Source of the DNA: Phoronis australis
Lineage: Eukaryota > Animalia > Phoronida
Length of the DNA: 64,000 nt
Direction: 5' to 3'
Assembly (NCBI GenBank): GCA_002633005.1
Contig: NMRA01000390.1
Span: 207,544-271,543 of the forward strand
Of this stretch, positions 60,001 through 64,000 are shown piece after piece. Each line of letters starts with the position of its first letter. Position 1 is the stretch's first letter. The notes under the pieces were generated by a model. It was given only the letters and a program-made list of their open reading frames with translations, was not told the DNA's origin and made no database searches. The position numbers and the translations under genes are program-made.

Positions 60001-62816
60001 AAATACCGTATTTTTTAATTTTCAAAAAGTCCAATTTTACTTTGATTTTTTTTCAAAACGCACTAGCAATTTTTTGTTACGCAATATTCTTCTTATCCAT
60101 ACCAAATATATGTGCAAAATCATCTTGATTTTGTGGCATTTTTTGCGTGTGAGTTGTGGCAAGCGCGACCTTCTGTCATTTGGTTATTTTCCATCTAATG
60201 AGTAAAAATGTAGTCCATGTATCAAAAAACCCTGGCATGCGATTGTACTTCTGTCATAAAAATTGACCCACGCGTTGCGGAAGAATAGGCCCGAGAATCT
60301 TTTCACCACCCTGAGATCAGGAACCGAGAAAAACGGCTTTGAAGTTAAGGGGGCATCGATTGCCACTTGAGGTCAATATTCATCGAGAATGCGCGTTAAC
60401 AATTTTTGTTGATGTATTAGAAATAAAGCTGATATTTACTTCATGTTTAGAAAGTATGACACACGTATTTGTTAACAGCATAATTTTTTTTTTTGGGAAC
60501 TTGTGAAGCACAACAGACGACCAAAACAAATATGGCTGTCATGTGGGCAAAGCTTAACGTTGATCTATTGTCTGCTGTGCTGGTCTGCGTGCCGACAACA
60601 CACCATTAAAACCATGTGTTGATTGTTTATGTGACTCATCTAAATTCTCCACTCAGTGTGGTAAAGGACTCTATCATTATATTATGTAGACCTGTTTGTT
60701 AATATTCCAATATTATATATGTAGTTACCATCTCTTCATCAAGCAATATTTGTGTTATATCAAGTCATTGCGCTACTATCTACATAACAATATTGGCAAC
60801 GAGGATAAACAATGACTTTCATCGTAATGGTTCAACATTTTCATGTGCCTGTACCGCCAACATTCTGGCCAAATAGAATCTGGGATAAGAAAATAGCACT
60901 TTCTGCTTAAATAGCGTGGCTTGGGTGAGAGTCTAAAGTTACCAAATTTTTTATCTTGGTTTTTACTATAATCGTCAAATAATATCATGAGTTTTAATAC
61001 AGGGATACATTTGAAACAATGTACTAGAACAATTTTGTTATGTTGAACACTGGGTTATTTCTCTAATTGTTTGAGTTACGGTTGGCAGCAAAAAAAATCT
61101 GCTGAGTTTGTCAGCCTTATCTCTCCCGCAACCAACGGCGTGCATTCCTAGCACAGAAACACGGTTCATCTTGAAAAACTTTCTACTCTGAAGTCATATA
61201 ATATTTATTCATGCCTCGCGCGCGGCGCATCTTGATAGCGCGTGTGGCCATGCGTGCATTCATCACTTCATGCAACACCACCGGGTGGTCAACTTGGGTG
61301 ACCCACGTTGACGTTAGTGTCCTATCGCAAGACACCACACCTTTCGGACTTCTCTTGCACAGGCATGATTTCTGAACAGACTCTTCTAGCTGAGTGCACT
61401 TTCAGATTCGGTTGCCAAGGGAGATTTCTGCGTCTCCATTGATGACTTTGGTAGGACTTGGCATACTCAGCTTGATTTTTTTTGCATACGAACAAACAGG
61501 CTCAGGTTCGGAACAGGAATTCACCATTTCATTACCAACTTCCGCATCGTCATAAAAAGATTTATTCAAAGTTTCACTTCAACAGCTGTTACACCTGGTA
61601 CAGCACTCTCCATTGCCCGGTTGCGCAATGTTGACAGGATTATATTAGGGCTAGCTAGTATCATTGTATAAGCTCCGCCCCACTTGACAGTCAAGCCATA
61701 AGACTTGCTGAAGATGGATCAAATGTAATTAAAAAACAATTTTGGATTTTCAGAATAATTTTATATTTCCGGTATAATGTACATCAAGAATTAAGGATTA
61801 GGTTAACACAAAACAGTAAAAAACAGTCAAAATTATTTTTTTCTGTTTTCGCACACCTCAACTCTGACAATTTGTTATTATTGGGATCATGCATTGTGGG
61901 TCCTCATCGTTAGTATTGGGATTAGGCTCAGTGGGCCCTCGATGTTAGTACTGGGATCAGGCTCAGTGGCCCCTCATTGTTAGTATTGGGATCAGGCCCA
62001 GTGGGCCCTCCTTGTTAGTATTGGGATCAGGCTCAGTGGGCCCTTGATGTTTGTACTGGGATCAGGTTTAGTGGGCCGTCATTGTTAGTACTGGGATCAG
62101 ACTCAGTGGGCCCTCGTTGCCTCGAGTTCAGGGTGAAATTCTGTCTCCATTCCGCACTGAAAAATAATTAAAATCTTTCGTAATTTCCCTCATCAAGCCC
62201 AGAAATTTCCCTCCCATAGTTGAAAAATCCCGACGTACAATCACTTCAGATCGCACAGCCCCTCAAATTGTTGGTGACTGGGGGGATTTTCCCCTCACCC
62301 AAAGAAATTCATGTTAGCTATGCACATGCAACTTTCCCCTCTGTTGAGAGGTCCTGGTGCATTAAGTTGACTTTATTTCAATTAGCAAGCTGGCTGCTCG
62401 GGTGTTGGGACTTATTACTGTAAGACATCATTTATTTTGAAACTGGGTTTGCTGAAGAACCAACCTAAAGAAAAAGAAATAGTTTGGTAATTAAGTTGTC
62501 AATTAGCAATAACCACACCTCGGATAAACGTCATTGGCTGTGGTACCGTGCAAAGCTAAAAAACAACCCGGTGTCCACTGATTTGCTGCATTCTGTACAA
62601 TTATTGTTTTTTTAAAGAAGAACTTTGTATTAATTTACGTTGGTGTTGTTTATGCAACATTATGAAATTGTTGATTTCAGGTTAAAAGCTCTGGAAACGG
62701 AAGCCTATAGCCAGGAGGAAGCAGAGCGGGCCGCTGGAATGGGTTCATACAAGGCTCCAAAGAAGCAGAGATTGGAAACTTTAGTGAGGGATTCGAAGAT
62801 GCAAGAGGATACGTGA
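50865..62816 (+). CDS. ZNF593: Zinc finger protein 593 / BUD20 homolog (pre-60S ribosome biogenesis factor), 3 exons, 130 aa
   Basis: join(50865..51058,56010..56072,62681..62816) = 393 nt, in frame. MGRLRRKKMHKG..TKRRTKDHDQIQEDM..DLDKPGAGQFYCVSCA|KYCINETSLNDHFRTKPHKRR|LKALETEAYSQEEAERAAGMGSYKAPK..; C2H2 finger and EEAERAAG motif are characteristic of the family. Confidence 0.96.
51118..52442. mobile_element. PIF/Harbinger-type MITE with long TIRs, interrupted by an Academ-like element
   Basis: CTG|GGTTATTGTTTACAATCCGACTCCATT..AATGGAGTCGGATTGTAAACAATAACC|CTG; 3-bp TSD. Confidence 0.8.
51190..51881 (+). mobile_element. Academ-like element, copy 2, perfect 9-bp TSD
   Basis: ctcgtcagg|TAGCC..GGCTA|ctcgtcagg. 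Confidence 0.85.
52871..54108 (+). mobile_element. Academ-like element, copy 3, carrying a solo LTR
   Basis: gaaaatagt|TAGCT..GGCTA|tgaaatagt; similar to copy 2 on both sides of the LTR. Confidence 0.7.
53192..53915 (-). mobile_element. Solo LTR (724 bp)
   Basis: ACGAC|TGTCA..TGACA|ACGAC 5-bp TSD; minus-strand TATAAATA (~53640) upstream of AATAAA (~53295). Confidence 0.85.
56010..56072 (+). CDS. ZNF593: ZNF593 exon 2
   Basis: polypyrimidine tract + tag acceptor; KYCINETSLNDHFRTKPHKR; gtttgt donor. Confidence 0.95.
56287..58185. mobile_element. Kolobok-like family B, copy 3, interrupted by a HINE-like element
   Basis: TTAA|AGGAGTATGCC..GGCATTCTCCT|TTAA; minus-strand THAP remnant CIVPAC..LFFRP..KWL..RHFVDSDF. 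Confidence 0.85.
56752..57071 (+). mobile_element. HINE-like element 5' part, cut off at a single N (~57072)
   Basis: near-identical to the reverse complement of ~22880-23193; inserted in a T-run of family B. Confidence 0.85.
58294..59301. mobile_element. hAT-type MITE containing a tRNA-like tract
   Basis: direct repeats tattcact at 58286 and 59302; termini agtggcgaat../aatccgccta; G/C-run subtermini. Confidence 0.65.
59869..61860 (-). mobile_element. Decayed TTAA-flanked DNA transposon with possible transposase remnant
   Basis: TTAA|GGGGGGTGTA left end; minus-strand WPEC..CLSSLPILLC..INVKL; right end uncertain. Confidence 0.4.
61880..62118. repeat. ~35-bp minisatellite (gttagtattgggatcaggctcagtgggccctcatt) x~6.5
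   Basis: directly visible. Confidence 0.9.
62681..62816 (+). CDS. ZNF593: ZNF593 exon 3
   Basis: tttcag acceptor; LKALETEAYSQEEAERAAGMGSYKAPKKQRLETLVRDSKMQEDT*, TGA 62814-62816. Confidence 0.95.
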
Positions 62817-62960
62817 GACTGGCTGCTAACTGAATCCTACATAAGTCGATGAATCATAGTGTGCGTTGCCGTTTGTTCATGGATGCGTGCGTGTAGTACT
62901 TTGCCACACTACCCATGGACTGTATTGTCTGAGTAGGTCACCAGAGGATAAAGATATATA

Positions 62961-63826
62961 TAGATTATTACATGGCCAAGTCGATCCCCCGTTATGTAGA
63001 ACCCGAGTGGATTTTGGAGAATTATCGCCTGAGGGGCGTTACGCCCGAGGGTGATAATTCTACAAAATCCACGAGGGCTCTTGATAAGGGGGATAACGAC
63101 TGAGAACATGTAATAATCTATTTATACCACATACTAAATGAGAAACATTGCAATGAATCGGTCTACATTTCTCGACTCGCCTCAGCTTTGCAACTACTTT
63201 CTATGTAAGAGCTCCAGGGTCGGAGGTCGTGACCTTTTAAGCAAAGCCAAGCTATTTTTGTCAAATAATATATTTACTCAAAACCAATTGCAAATTTAAA
63301 CAAAATTGAAATAAAGTGAATCTATAAATTAAGGTTTAGCAACTATTATAGCTTACTACACATTTTATCATGCTTAGCTTCAACTGGGAAAATATCGTCT
63401 GCTAAAGTAGGTTACCACTGTCTAGTAACTGAGCATAATGCTCAAGTCAAAGGATCCCGACGACACGATACCAGCATTCAAACTGGAGATTGGTGATTTA
63501 TTAGTGAGAGAACACGAGAGAAAAATTTAACTGAATTAAAATATCGTTTTTATGGAAATTATGCGGTTTATTTTTCATAGCGTATAAATGTCGGTACAAT
63601 GCCCTTTGCTGAACATGCGATTGTTGCAGGTGCTCATGTAAGTGTTCTATTTTCACGTTTGATGACTTCAGTTGCTGAGTGGTGTAGTGGTAGTTGGCGA
63701 CTCGTAACTCTTGAGGCCCGGGTTCGAAATTGGCCAACCTGCCAAAATGTTATCTCACTAGTGAGATAACTAAATGGGTTATTACACGGTTGTATTTGCC
63801 ATTTGATGCTAATATTGTGGTATAAA
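62961..63826 (+). mobile_element. Unclassified (Crypton-like) element with 160-bp terminal hairpin and internal tRNA-like tract
   Basis: hairpin tagattattacatg..catgtaataatcta (62961-63120); tttataccaca (63121) pairs with tgtggtataaa (63816-63826); A/B boxes at ~63678-63730. Confidence 0.7.
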
Positions 63827-64000
63827 GTGTCATATCTGTCACTGCTAGTTTGTAACTTTTGAAAAGGCAGTAAAACATCAATTTTTGAACAGCAGTAAAA
63901 CTTGAATAGGTCACATATGCATCAATCAGACTTGTGTGCGTTGTTCTGTAATCATGGCCTTGCAATCTTGAACATAAATGTGAGGAAATCTGGCAGCTTA

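Noticed and set aside
63674-63736. Functional tRNA gene
   Set aside because: A/B boxes are present, but acceptor and anticodon stems do not pair convincingly and it lies inside a repeat; same for 1716-1790 and 58518-58587

Overview
AT-rich animal genomic DNA, not prokaryotic: it has spliceosomal GT-AG introns and a transposon repertoire typical of a marine invertebrate (inference). Two host genes sit head-to-head, about 18 kb apart. The first is a minus-strand CCDC50/Ymer-like gene (ATG 32765) with 11 hand-identified exons, repeated MIU-like ubiquitin-binding helices and a polybasic+CKQQ C-terminus; at least one exon is probably missing near the N at 2958. The second is a plus-strand 3-exon ZNF593/BUD20 gene (50865-62816, 130 aa). 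Most remaining sequence is repeat-derived: TTAA-flanked Kolobok-like elements with THAP and KolX-like remnants, Helentron-associated (HINE-like) elements whose 145-160 bp internal repeats each carry a CTCF-like motif, Academ-like 9-bp-TSD elements, Harbinger/hAT/mariner-type MITEs, decayed LINEs, a possible Penelope remnant, a solo LTR and minisatellites. Most ORFs in the supplied track are spurious. No CRISPR array or rRNA is present. All family assignments come from by-eye motif recognition, not database searches.
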